Below are positions 15,852 through 25,900 of a stretch of DNA of 31,696 nt, in pieces; position 1 is the first letter of the stretch, and every line of letters begins with the position of its first letter. Made by a program: the position numbers and the translations under genes. Source of the DNA: an uncultured bacterium (lineage in GTDB: Bacteria; Hydrogenedentota; Hydrogenedentia; Hydrogenedentales; JAEUWI01); contig CAXBPH010000055.1 of NCBI GenBank assembly GCA_963977445.1, positions 1-31,696 of the forward strand, written 5' to 3'. Below the pieces are notes generated by a model. It ran no database searches and had not been told where the DNA came from. It was given only the letters and a program-made list of their open reading frames with translations.

Positions 15852-18182
15852 ATGAAGACCCACTACATCGCGGCAGCCTCTTGCCTCATCGCCCTGACCG
15901 GCTTCGCCGCCGAGCTCACCCCCACTAAGGTGGGCACCTACCCCCAGGAAATCGGCCATGCCTACACCACCGCCGACGGGCTGCCCAGCGATGAGGTGAA
16001 TGACGTGGTCGTGGCGGATGACGGCGCGGTATACGCCGGTACCGACGCCGGGGTGGCGCAATGGAATGGCACAGATTGGGCTACCGTGCCAAACACCCCG
16101 CCTGGGCCGGTCCATTGTGTCGCCGTTGATAGTCGCCGACTTGCCATAGCCACCGATACAGCGCTGTATATACGTGTTGGCGACAAGGATTGGGAGTCAG
16201 TATTCACCTTGACCCATCCCCCAACTTCGCTTTTTCTCTCCGATAATGCCGTGACTTTCGACAGCAACAACGAGATATACTCGAACAATCTCATGGGCGT
16301 TCCAATCAAGAGCGATCTCGCCCCACTCCCGGGGATTCATAAAATCGCAGAGGAATACCGCTCGATCGATAGTTACTTTATGGTTGCGGCTACAAAAGGG
16401 GGGCTCTACAGTAGCGCAGTGGGCCCTTGGGAGCGCATTTTTCCTGAATCAGGTCAACGTAGCTGGGCGGTTACTAATGCACGCGCGGTTCTTTTTGCCA
16501 GCAACGGTGACCTCTGGTTCGCCAGTCCTCAAGGCGTCGGACGACGCTCGGGTCTCACTTGGACCCTCTTCGAAGGCAAAGACGGCCTCCCCTACAACGA
16601 CTTCACCTGTATGGCCGAAGGGCCCGAAGGCGAAATCTGGTTTGGCACCACCAAGGGCGCCATTCGCTATGACGGCACTAATTTTGACTATCGCGAAGGC
16701 AAACGCTGGCTACCGGACAACGACGTGCGGGATATTGCCGTAGCATCCAATGGGGACGCCTGGTTCGCCACGGCCAAGGGTGTGGGCCGCATTGAGCGAC
16801 GTCCCATGACGTTGGCGGAAAAGGCGAAGTTTTACGAAGACGAAATTGATAAATACAATCGGCGCACGCCCTATGGCTATGTGGTGTGGGCACCGCTGGG
16901 TGTGCCGGGCGATAAATCCACGGCCCGTCGTCGTGATGATGACAACGACGGTCAGTGGACCGGGGAATATGGCGCGGCGGAATGTTTTGCCTATGGGGCT
17001 AGCAAAGACCCGAAGGCTAAGGAGCGGGCAACGGCGGCGTTTGAAGCACTCCGTTTTCTCAGTCAGGTCACCCAGGGTGGTGAGCATCCCGCACCCAAGG
17101 GCTTTCCTGCGCGTTGCATCTGGCCGACCGATGACCCCTGGAATCCCAATGAAGACCCCGCCTATTCCGTGGCCCATCAGGAAGAAGAACAGAAATCCGA
17201 TTCGCTATGGAAAGTCATCACACCGCGCTGGCCCACGAGCGCAGACGGCAAATGGTACTGGAAGTGCGACACGAGTTCGGATGAGCTGGATGGTCACTAT
17301 TTTCTCAATGCCTGTTACTTCGATCTCGTCGCCGAGACGGAAGAAGAAAAAGCCCGGGTGGCGGCGGTCGTGCGCGATATGACCGACCACCTGATTGACC
17401 ATGAGTTTAAACTCGTGGACCACGACGGTAAGCCCACGCGCTGGGCCCGGTATGGACCCGACACGGTCAATGGCGATCCTAACTTCTGGCCGGAGCATGG
17501 CCTGAACTCTATGAGCATGTTGTCGTATCTGCGCACAGCGGCCCATGTGACGGGCGACGAAAAATACAATGCCGTCGCCGACGACCTCATCGAGAATCAT
17601 GGCTACGCCATGAATTCCATGTTCCCCAAGTATCAAAAGGGTCCGGGGTCCTTCGTTCAGTTCGACGATGAAATGGCCTTCATGAATTACTACAATCTCC
17701 TGGCCTATGAGACCAACCCCAAGGTCCGCGAGATGATGGCGCTGAGCTGGCGGGACTACTGGGATATAGAAGTCTTCGAGCGCAACCCCTTTTACAACTT
17801 CGCCTTTGCGGCGCGCTGCACTGGAGCTACCTTTACCTCACCCTGGGGAACACGAGATCTCACGCCGGACCAAATCGCGATTGATGACAGTGTGGACACG
17901 CTGAAACGCTATCCCATGAACCTCATCAACTGGAGCCAGACCAACAGCCACCGTCTGGATATCCTGCCCCTTTCGCCCGTCGTCCGTGAAGGCGACGAAG
18001 CCAAGGGAAAAGGATATGGTCCCGACGGCAAGGTGTTGCCCATTGACGAGCGCTTCCAGCATGTGTGGAGTGACGACAGTTGGGAATTGGACACCGACGG
18101 CACGGGCAATCAACTGGCGACCGGTATGCCCTTTTTGTTGGGTTACTACATGGGCCTCTATCACGGGTACATTTTGGAGTAA
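15852..18182 (+). CDS. Secreted protein: N-terminal Reg_prop-type beta-propeller repeats plus a C-terminal putative helical catalytic domain of unknown function
   Basis: Signal peptide MKTHYIAAASCLIALTGFAA; repeats DGLPSDEV, DGLPYNDF, WLPDNDV with GxxWFxTxxG; acidic motifs DDDNDGQWTG and DTSSDELDGH. The ORF-track start at 15795 lies inside the repeat. Confidence 0.8.
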   Translation: MKTHYIAAASCLIALTGFAAELTPTKVGTYPQEIGHAYTTADGLPSDEVNDVVVADDGAVYAGTDAGVAQWNGTDWATVPNTPPGPVHCVAVDSRRLAIATDTALYIRVGDKDWESVFTLTHPPTSLFLSDNAVTFDSNNEIYSNNLMGVPIKSDLAPLPGIHKIAEEYRSIDSYFMVAATKGGLYSSAVGPWERIFPESGQRSWAVTNARAVLFASNGDLWFASPQGVGRRSGLTWTLFEGKDGLPYNDFTCMAEGPEGEIWFGTTKGAIRYDGTNFDYREGKRWLPDNDVRDIAVASNGDAWFATAKGVGRIERRPMTLAEKAKFYEDEIDKYNRRTPYGYVVWAPLGVPGDKSTARRRDDDNDGQWTGEYGAAECFAYGASKDPKAKERATAAFEALRFLSQVTQGGEHPAPKGFPARCIWPTDDPWNPNEDPAYSVAHQEEEQKSDSLWKVITPRWPTSADGKWYWKCDTSSDELDGHYFLNACYFDLVAETEEEKARVAAVVRDMTDHLIDHEFKLVDHDGKPTRWARYGPDTVNGDPNFWPEHGLNSMSMLSYLRTAAHVTGDEKYNAVADDLIENHGYAMNSMFPKYQKGPGSFVQFDDEMAFMNYYNLLAYETNPKVREMMALSWRDYWDIEVFERNPFYNFAFAARCTGATFTSPWGTRDLTPDQIAIDDSVDTLKRYPMNLINWSQTNSHRLDILPLSPVVREGDEAKGKGYGPDGKVLPIDERFQHVWSDDSWELDTDGTGNQLATGMPFLLGYYMGLYHGYILE

Positions 18183-18244
18183 GGGACGCGCGTCTACGAA
18201 GAATGGAACTCGAATGTCATTCTTATAATTTCTACCGAGCGTTT

Positions 18245-18396
18245 CGTGCCACGCGATCCGGTTTAAGCCGGTTCGTGTGCGGTGTTAAGGATAGTCTTCG
18301 GGCGGGTGTGGGCACGCCCGCCTGAATAAGAAGTTACAAAAATTGTTGAGCGTTCCTTCATACACACGAACCGACGTTGTCGGATCGCGTGGCACG
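18245..18396. repeat. Palindromic element, family B, copy 2 (long nested hairpin)
   Basis: 16-bp IR 18245-18260 / 18381-18396, 11-bp IR 18269-18279 / 18363-18373, and an apical 13-bp stem 18297-18309 / 18314-18326 with two G-U pairs on the + strand. Confidence 0.85.
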
Positions 18397-18457
18397 GGTA
18401 GTCTTTATTGCAGCCCCTTGGAGATCGCGTTGGGTATGCCAACCGACCGACCTGACA

Positions 18458-18509
18458 TACTGCCGGTACAGTCCCAAATTCGCCTGGGGCGAACTGGTTG
18501 ACAGTCCCG
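18458..18509. repeat. Family C element, copy 2
   Basis: 48/52 identical to 14204-14255. Confidence 0.9.
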
Positions 18510-18533
18510 GTGAATGGATTAAGGAGATAGCGT

Positions 18534-19889
18534 GTGGCCATACATCAAAAAGTTGTCGTCGTTGCTTTTGTATTGGGAGCCCTCGCCATGCCGCTGACTG
18601 CCCAAGAGCGGCAACTCCCCTTCACGCCCAAAAACCACGACTTGGATGGGACCCATAACTTCTCTGCCGATGACCGGTTTCTCGTCTACGATACCCGGGG
18701 TTTCGCGGGGCCGGGCATTGACAATTCCCAGTCCATCGAAAAGGTGGCTGTCGCTACGGGCAAGGAAATGGTCCTCTATCGCCCGAAGGAAATCCTTACG
18801 GGCCCCGAAGGCATGGCGGCACCGGGCGTGGGGGCGCCTTATTATTCGGTGGCCGATGATGTGGTGGCCTTTATTCATGGACCCATGGTGGAGGATGTGG
18901 CGGAGCGGGGTTACTACGGGAAAAACAATCGCAACGGCATGGAAGTGCGGGCGGATGGATCGGGGGCCTGGCGTTGGCTTGACGGGCGGGATGTATCGGT
19001 GGGGGAGACGACTCCCGGTGCCCATCGGGGCGGCACCCACGACCACGAATACACCACCGAGGGCTCACGCATTGGTATCACCTATGATGACTTTCTTCTT
19101 CCGGAATATGACCGCACGATAGGCTATCTCGAACGTCACGATAAGGCACCGGGCGAGGCTTCCCATTATTTTGCGCTACTGGTGCCCGTAGTTAAAAAAG
19201 GCACGTCGAAGGCCTGTGAAATCGAGCGGGCCTGGGGCGACAACTGGGTCGACGAAAAAGGGACCATGCGGGCCTTCATCGGCAAGGTGCGTACTGCGGA
19301 CGGGGTGGCCTATGAGCAGTCTCTGTTCGTGGTGGACGTTCCTGAGACGGTAGACATCACCACGGCGGATTCTGGCTCGGGCGCGCGCTTTCCCGGTCCG
19401 CCTGAGGGTACGACCATCCGTCGTCTCACGAAGGGTTTCGCCGACGGCATCGTTCGGTGTCACGAACCAACGAAACGCATTGCCTACTATGGTGGTGAAG
19501 TGGACGGGCTGAGACAGATTTTCGTCGTAGCGGCTTTTGGGGGCGAGGCCAACCGTGACCCCGCCATGCGCCCTGTGCAGGTGACAAATTTTCCGAATGG
19601 TGTGACGGGTGGATTGCGTTGGGCTCCCGACGGCACGGCCATTGCCTGCATCGTCGACAATGGTGTGGCGGTGGTTTCGCTGGTGGAGAATGACGGAGAC
19701 TTTGGGAAGGTGGCCTTCCTAACACCACGTAGCGACGCTCCCGAACGACTTAATCTTGTCTGGTCGCACGATGGTAAGTTCTTAGCCTTCAACAAGCGGG
19801 TTGAAACGAAGGGCGAGGCGGGAGACGTTGTGAAGAGCTTCGAGGGGCAAGACTTGCTACAGGTATTTCTGGTGGATGGGCAACGTTGA
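18534..19889 (+). CDS. Secreted DUF3748 / YidR-like TolB-type beta-propeller protein
   Basis: Signal peptide, NHDLDGTHNFSADDRFLVYDTR, FIHGP, GAHRGGTHDH, TYDD, and PD40-like WAPDG / WSHDG. AAGGAG RBS. Confidence 0.75.
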   Translation: MAIHQKVVVVAFVLGALAMPLTAQERQLPFTPKNHDLDGTHNFSADDRFLVYDTRGFAGPGIDNSQSIEKVAVATGKEMVLYRPKEILTGPEGMAAPGVGAPYYSVADDVVAFIHGPMVEDVAERGYYGKNNRNGMEVRADGSGAWRWLDGRDVSVGETTPGAHRGGTHDHEYTTEGSRIGITYDDFLLPEYDRTIGYLERHDKAPGEASHYFALLVPVVKKGTSKACEIERAWGDNWVDEKGTMRAFIGKVRTADGVAYEQSLFVVDVPETVDITTADSGSGARFPGPPEGTTIRRLTKGFADGIVRCHEPTKRIAYYGGEVDGLRQIFVVAAFGGEANRDPAMRPVQVTNFPNGVTGGLRWAPDGTAIACIVDNGVAVVSLVENDGDFGKVAFLTPRSDAPERLNLVWSHDGKFLAFNKRVETKGEAGDVVKSFEGQDLLQVFLVDGQR

Positions 19890-19909
19890 GCGGCAGGGTT
19901 AGCTGGATT

Positions 19910-20070
19910 GTGGGACGGGTGAGACCAGTAGGACCGGTGGGACCGTAGTTTAGCGTCAAGACAATGAAATGTATCGAAGTGGCGGACTGGGTTCATCAGT
20001 CACCCGGGAGTTACACCCAGACAGCCTGCGAATGGCGTCCCACCGGTCTCACCCGTCCCACAGGTCCCAA
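19910..20070. repeat. Inverted pair of 9-bp-period tandem arrays (family D variant)
   Basis: GTRRGAC units at 19910, 19919, 19928 and 19937; complementary GTCYCA units at 20037, 20046, 20055 and 20064. Confidence 0.85.
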
Positions 20071-20210
20071 TTGCGCGACCATACACCCACAGCGGAGTTG
20101 TCCCGTGTTCTCGCATCGTGCGCACCCCTGTTGACCGGGCCAGTCGAATGTCTCCGCTGTCTTTGCGGTGGGTAGGAAAACCCACCTTCCGAAGGATCGT
20201 ACGCAACTCT

Positions 20211-21644
20211 TCAGTTATACATAAAATAAGCGGTGGCTTTGCAGTCATTGTCGACTTTGATGCGGACCCAGTGGGCGCTGTAGCCGTCGGGGAAGACGTG
20301 GTGCTGGTAGCCCTTTGCCGGGATTTCGTAGGTGTCATACCACTTCCACGAGCCATCACCAAGGAAATCGACCTCCACGCGGAAGCGTACGGTTTCGTCG
20401 CTGTCGTGGGTAAGGTGGAGGACTTTCTTGTCGAAGCCCGTCATGAGGAAGGGGTCGGAAACCGAATCAGCGCGAAGAGGCGTTTCCCACCAGGGGCCGC
20501 CCCAACCTTTGGGTTTACCCATTTGCCACAGGTCGTCGATGTTGCCAAACCAGAATCCCGATTGGGGCTGGCCTACGGCGTTATCGGTCTGGTCGCCGGC
20601 CATCACGAAGAGGCCCCGCCAGTAGCAGAAGTCGGGCACAATGCGGAGATGGGTGCTGATGGGACGGATGCCCCAGAGATGACCGTCGTAGATCATGGGC
20701 GGCAATTCGTAAAACATGCCGTGGACGTCCATGAGGTACCGCTCGGTCTGGGCCTCACGGATGCGCATCCATTCCGTATTCCAGGTGTGGTCAAAGGCGT
20801 GGCTTGCCTTGGGCAGGAGGTAGCGGGTCCATTTGCCCTCGTGGAGTACCCGGAGGATGACGGAGGATTTGTCCCAACCGACGGCGAAGAGGGTGTTGCC
20901 ATAGCGTTTGCCCGGGGCGGGATTCTGTTTGCCCGAAACTTCTACAAAGGGGTTGCGCTCAAGGATGGACCAACTGGTGCCGTCGAACTGGGCGAGGCAG
21001 CCACTTGCCCGGCGGCCGAGGAACTCCGGTTCTTCATAGGTGTTGTTGGCGACGATGAGCCGGCCCTGGGCGGTGTGGGCCCCTTTAAAGTGGGGTTGGC
21101 CCTGGATGCCGAGTTCCACGGCGAGGTCATAGAGTTCGGTGGCTTCAAGGGAGCTCAGGTCGACCTCGAAGAGTTTGCCTTCCATGGTGAGGAAGTAGGC
21201 CATGGTCTCCGGGGACACCAAATGGCGGGCCGTCGCGGTGAGTCGGTGGGTTTTCAGGGCCTCGATGGTGCGCACGTTGCCGTCGGGGTCGATGGCATGG
21301 GGCCCGATGATGGCTTGCTGGGTTTCCCAATGGACCATGCGGTTCGCGAACGTGCCCGTGACCGATGCCGGATGCTTCTTCATGGTCATGTCATCGGAGA
21401 TTTCGTAAAGTCCGATACCCTCGCCCTTGATGTGGGCGACGTAGCCGATGGCCCAGAGCTTGTTGGCCCAGGGGATGAGGGCGCCGATACCGGTTTCTGT
21501 GGTGCTGCCCACCCCGTCGGCGAAAACAGTCATCTTGGGAAAGACGCCGCCGATGGAGGCTGATTCCGGGGCCTGTGCGGCGAGGGAATGGGGAAAAAGT
21601 GCGGCAATCGTGCCCAAAACGGTCAAAACGACGGAACGGCCCAT
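20211..21644 (-). CDS. Secreted hypothetical protein (Trp/Gly-rich, probably beta-rich)
   Basis: 477-aa ORF with a GAGGGAG RBS, a signal peptide ending SLA-AQA and genome-like codon use. No function recognised. Confidence 0.85.
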   Translation of the reverse strand: MGRSVVLTVLGTIAALFPHSLAAQAPESASIGGVFPKMTVFADGVGSTTETGIGALIPWANKLWAIGYVAHIKGEGIGLYEISDDMTMKKHPASVTGTFANRMVHWETQQAIIGPHAIDPDGNVRTIEALKTHRLTATARHLVSPETMAYFLTMEGKLFEVDLSSLEATELYDLAVELGIQGQPHFKGAHTAQGRLIVANNTYEEPEFLGRRASGCLAQFDGTSWSILERNPFVEVSGKQNPAPGKRYGNTLFAVGWDKSSVILRVLHEGKWTRYLLPKASHAFDHTWNTEWMRIREAQTERYLMDVHGMFYELPPMIYDGHLWGIRPISTHLRIVPDFCYWRGLFVMAGDQTDNAVGQPQSGFWFGNIDDLWQMGKPKGWGGPWWETPLRADSVSDPFLMTGFDKKVLHLTHDSDETVRFRVEVDFLGDGSWKWYDTYEIPAKGYQHHVFPDGYSAHWVRIKVDNDCKATAYFMYN

Positions 21645-21873
21645 CAGAACTCCCTCTAAAGTGCGGTTATGACATGTTTCGACGTTGAAGATACGGGACC
21701 ATACGCCTGATGTGCAAACAACGAAGATTTAGCGTGGTCCGTTGACGTGACACCGATAGGGGGGCTCTTGTATCCTACTCTCCGAATGCGAAAGGGCCTC
21801 CAATCGGGTTGCGCGATGATCACGTGCCCGTTTTTCATGTCGACGGGGGCGTAAATACCATTAGAAAGATGTC

Positions 21874-22455
21874 ATGGCAATTCGTAAGTGGATTGGGTTG
21901 GTTCTTGGGCTGACATTTGCCTATGCACTATGCCGATACGTTGTATTCGGCGATGTGGCTTGGGTTAATGTGCCTTTATACGTGTCCAACAAGGCAATTT
22001 CGTGGAGTGGCGTCATTTTCTTTGGGATGTCGCTCCTGGCCCGGGAAAAGACCCGGCGGCAGGCCTACGGAACGGTGGCCGCAGCGGCAATCGGGGCTCA
22101 CCTGGTCATGTCCCTTATGGTGTTGAACCCCAACTACTTCGGAAAGTTTTACGGTCCGGGTGGGCGGCTCAATGGCGTGGGGGAGTTGTCCATGCTCGCC
22201 GGCGTCGTGGGACTACTTTATCTGGGGGGACTGTTTGTTAAGAATCTGACTGGATCCACCGGGAATGGATCGTCCCTTCGTGCTGGATGGGGGCGTATGG
22301 TGCTGTGGTTCGCGGTGCTTCACGTGGGCATCATGGGTTATGGGGGCTGGCTCAAACCCGAAACCTGGCCGGGCTATCTGCCTCCAATTACGCTCTGGTC
22401 CTTTCTCATGGCGCTGGGCTTCCTTTTTTTACGCAGCCGAAAAACAGGTACCTGA
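21874..22455 (+). CDS. STEAP / ferric-reductase-like transmembrane (probable heme) protein
   Basis: About 6 hydrophobic segments. PLYVSNK, RRQAYG..H, ELSMLAG and G...LHV..GW...LPP parallel the STEAP/MsrQ transmembrane motifs, with two membrane His residues. Confidence 0.6.
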   Translation: MAIRKWIGLVLGLTFAYALCRYVVFGDVAWVNVPLYVSNKAISWSGVIFFGMSLLAREKTRRQAYGTVAAAAIGAHLVMSLMVLNPNYFGKFYGPGGRLNGVGELSMLAGVVGLLYLGGLFVKNLTGSTGNGSSLRAGWGRMVLWFAVLHVGIMGYGGWLKPETWPGYLPPITLWSFLMALGFLFLRSRKTGT

Positions 22456-22979
22456 TTTTCGGATTTAATCACAAAAAAGGTCGGTCATTTCCAAAGGAAT
22501 CGCCATGCCGGTTCTTGGGGCTTTTTGATGCTTATTGTCAATAATATTCTGTTGCGTCGACATAGGCATGATTTGGGGGCGCAGGGAAATAACCGCGGGA
22601 ATTTTATGGAATTTGTACCCGTAACCTCTTTCTATACCATAGGTTGCGCTTGTATTTCAGACCGGATCCAGACTTACCTCTCGTTTCTTCTTACGCTTAG
22701 ATCAACGGTACTTAAGAATTGTTTGGGTTGGTCGATGTAAATAATGCGGTTCGTGTTATGAGTTTTTTTAATGTACAATAGTACTGATTGTAAATATTTA
22801 AAATGCCGCATTTTGGGGAGTTGTTTTTCAGATTGCATACCTTCCTTTACGGTTGGCTGCCGATGTGGTAGCATGAAACGGTTCAGATCTTGTTCCGGTG
22901 GCAGGAGCTTAAGGGTCGGTTGCGTTTGTATGCAGCAGCAACTCGTCTATGTGTGTGCATATTCAACAAGGACGTCTTG

Positions 22980-25900
22980 ATGAGAGTTGAGCGACGCAGC
23001 CGCCGTGTCCAATTGCGGTTGAAATATATTGCCTCCACGTTAATCATTGCATTTGGGATGGCAAGTATAAACTTGGCGGCTACTGCGGCATCGTTGCCCC
23101 TGGTTGCGCAGATCATTGCGCCCACGGTTTACGGAGCCACGACGGGCAACGCCTCTCCCTCGCCTGCACTTACGTTTCCGGCGATCTCTCCGGCAAACTC
23201 GACCCCCCCGGACAGCCACGGAGCCGTCGGGCCCACCCATATCTTGACCCAGACCAACGACGCCTCACAGGTCCATGATCGCAATGGTAACCTGGTCGCA
23301 TCGGTGGGTATCAAGAGTTTCTGGTCAGGACTCGGGGTGACCGACGTTTTTGATCCTAAGGTCGTTTATGATCCCCACAACAACCGATTTGTTGCCGTCG
23401 CCTGCGCCCAACGGCGTTCGTCCGCGTCTGGCATGCTATTCGGTATATCTGAGACAACCGACCCTACGGGTAACTGGCACTTGTGGTTGCTGGACGGCGA
23501 CAACAGTAATCAAAACTGGGTGGACTATCCCAACCTTGGTTTTACGGCGGGGCGCATCAGTTTTACGGGGAATATGTTCAAGATTTCCGACGACGGATTT
23601 GCGGGCGTCAACATCTGGTCGATTGACACGGCGAGTGCCATGGATGGTGGCAGTCTTACCATGCAACTCATCTATGTCGCCAGTGCAGGTGGGTCATTGG
23701 TGCCCGCCCTTACGTATGATGCGGCAGAATCGACACAATTTATTATCCGAACGAGTACGGCGAACATTTTCGGCAATGGTTACCTTCAACTCTACACCCT
23801 GAGCGGGAATATTGGTTCCTTAAACTTCACGACCAGTGCGTCTACGACGGCGGGATTGCCGTGGAGTATATCGGTACCCAATGCTAAACAGGGGGGTACG
23901 TCGGCACTCATCGAAACCAACGACTCCCGACTTCAAGGTGCCGTCGTGCGAAACGGAAAATTGTGGGCTACCCATACCGTAAGTATGAGCACGACGGTGC
24001 GGGACCACGCGGCCGTAAAGTGGTGGAAAGTTAATGTGCCCAACGGTGATCTGAGTCAGGATGGGTTTATCGAAGATGTCGATGGTGCAGGCAATTTCAA
24101 TATAAACACGGGGAAACACTATTATTTTCCCTCCATTGCGGTTAATAAAAACGACGAGGTCATGATCGGATTCTCGGGATCATCCGGCCTGGACTTTGCT
24201 GGTGCTTACTATGCGTTTCGTAGCCCCTCCTATGGTGCAGGCCTGTTCGACGTGCCCGTACGATACCAGGCGGGTATTGGCACCTACTCCGGTCCACGTT
24301 GGGGTGACTACAGCCATACGGTTGTTGATCCATTAGACGACACAACCTTCTGGACGGTTCAGCAGTATGCCACCGGCGGTAACAAGGGCGGCAACGCCTG
24401 GGCTAAAGTCGGGGAAGTAGCGGGCGATGCGACGCCACCTACATTAAATTCGGCGTCGGCCCCCAATGACAGAACCGTGCGAATAACGTTCAGCGAGACG
24501 ATGACGAATAACGCGGCATTGGTCACGGCGGGTTCGTATACCTTCACGGGTGGTTTGACCGCCAGTGCAGTAACTCGGGTGAACGGAACCCAAGTGGATG
24601 TTACGGTCAACGAGATGAACAACGGAGCGAGCTATACCGCTACCGTGAGTACCAGTGGGCCGACGGACTCAGCGGGTAACACACTGAGCAGCGGATCCAA
24701 TACGGCTGCATTCACCGGAATTGGAACTGCCCCGACGGTTATAATTGGCCAAACCACGTCGAACCCGACCAATGCGAACTCAGTGGTTTTCAGTGTCGTC
24801 TTCAGTGAGTCAGTAGGTAGCACGTTTACCATTGCGGATGTGACTGTAACGGGATCCCTGGCCAGCGGCGCAACACGTTCACTGGGTGGTGCTGATCCGT
24901 CCTTCAGCGTTACGGTAACGCCCTCCAATCCGGATGCGGAAGGCACTTTGGGAATCAGCATCGGCACGGGCGTGAATGATAGTGCCGGCAATACCTTCGG
25001 CGGGGCCAGTGCGCCGACCAACTTTACGGTGGACAATACGGCACCGGCCGTGAGCGTGACGGCCCTCTCCACGAATGACGCGACGCCGCCGCTGACAGGT
25101 AGCACCAACGACAACACGGCGACCATTTCGGTGACCGTATCGGGCCAAACCCGTACGGCGACCAACAACGGTAACGGCACATGGACGGTGCCCGACAATT
25201 CCCTAACGACACTGGGTAACGGCACCTTCAGTGTGACGGCGACGGCAACGGATCCTGCGGGTAATTCGACGACCGATAGTACCAGCAATGAACTTACAAT
25301 CGACTCGACGGTGCCCATTGTCACTGTCAATTCCCTGACGACCAAGGACAAGACGCCGCCGCTGACCGGTACGGTGAACGAGACCGACGCCACCATCCTG
25401 GTTTCCGTCAGTGGACAAACGCGATTCGGTACCAACAATGGCAACGGGACCTGGACGTTGGCCGATGGTAGCCTGAGTACCCTGGCCGATGGCACCTACA
25501 ATGTTGCCGTTACGGCCACCGATCCCATCGGCAATATTGGCACGGACGGCACCACCAACGAGTTGATAATCGACAGTGTAGCACCGGTAGTCACGGTGAC
25601 ATCCCTTATAACGAAAGACACCCGTCCTCCGTTGAGCGGAACGGTCAGTGATCTTAGCTCGCCGGTAACGGTAAACGTGAATGGCATAAGCTACACGGCG
25701 ACCAACAATGGCAACGGCACGTGGACCCTGGCGGATAATGCCATCACCCCGGCGCTCGCTGCAGGCACCTACAATGTTGTGGCGTCTTCGACGGATGGGG
25801 CGAATAATACGGGTACGGATGGCACCTCCAACGAATTGACCATCGATCTGACGGCACCGGTAGTTACCGTGACCAACCGCACGACGAAAGACACGACGCC

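Noticed and set aside
2764..21563. Long antisense ORFs (2764-4098, 7079-7966, 7991-9286, 9547-10590, 11868-12569, 13183-13977, 14311-15591, 20118-21563)
   Set aside because: These are shadow frames opposite well-supported genes, expected in GC-rich DNA.
22456..22979. Riboswitch (e.g. c-di-GMP) or small ORFs upstream of the giant gene
   Set aside because: The region is AT-rich and probably regulatory, but I could not find the conserved aptamer motifs, and the short ORFs lack RBS or coding-like composition.
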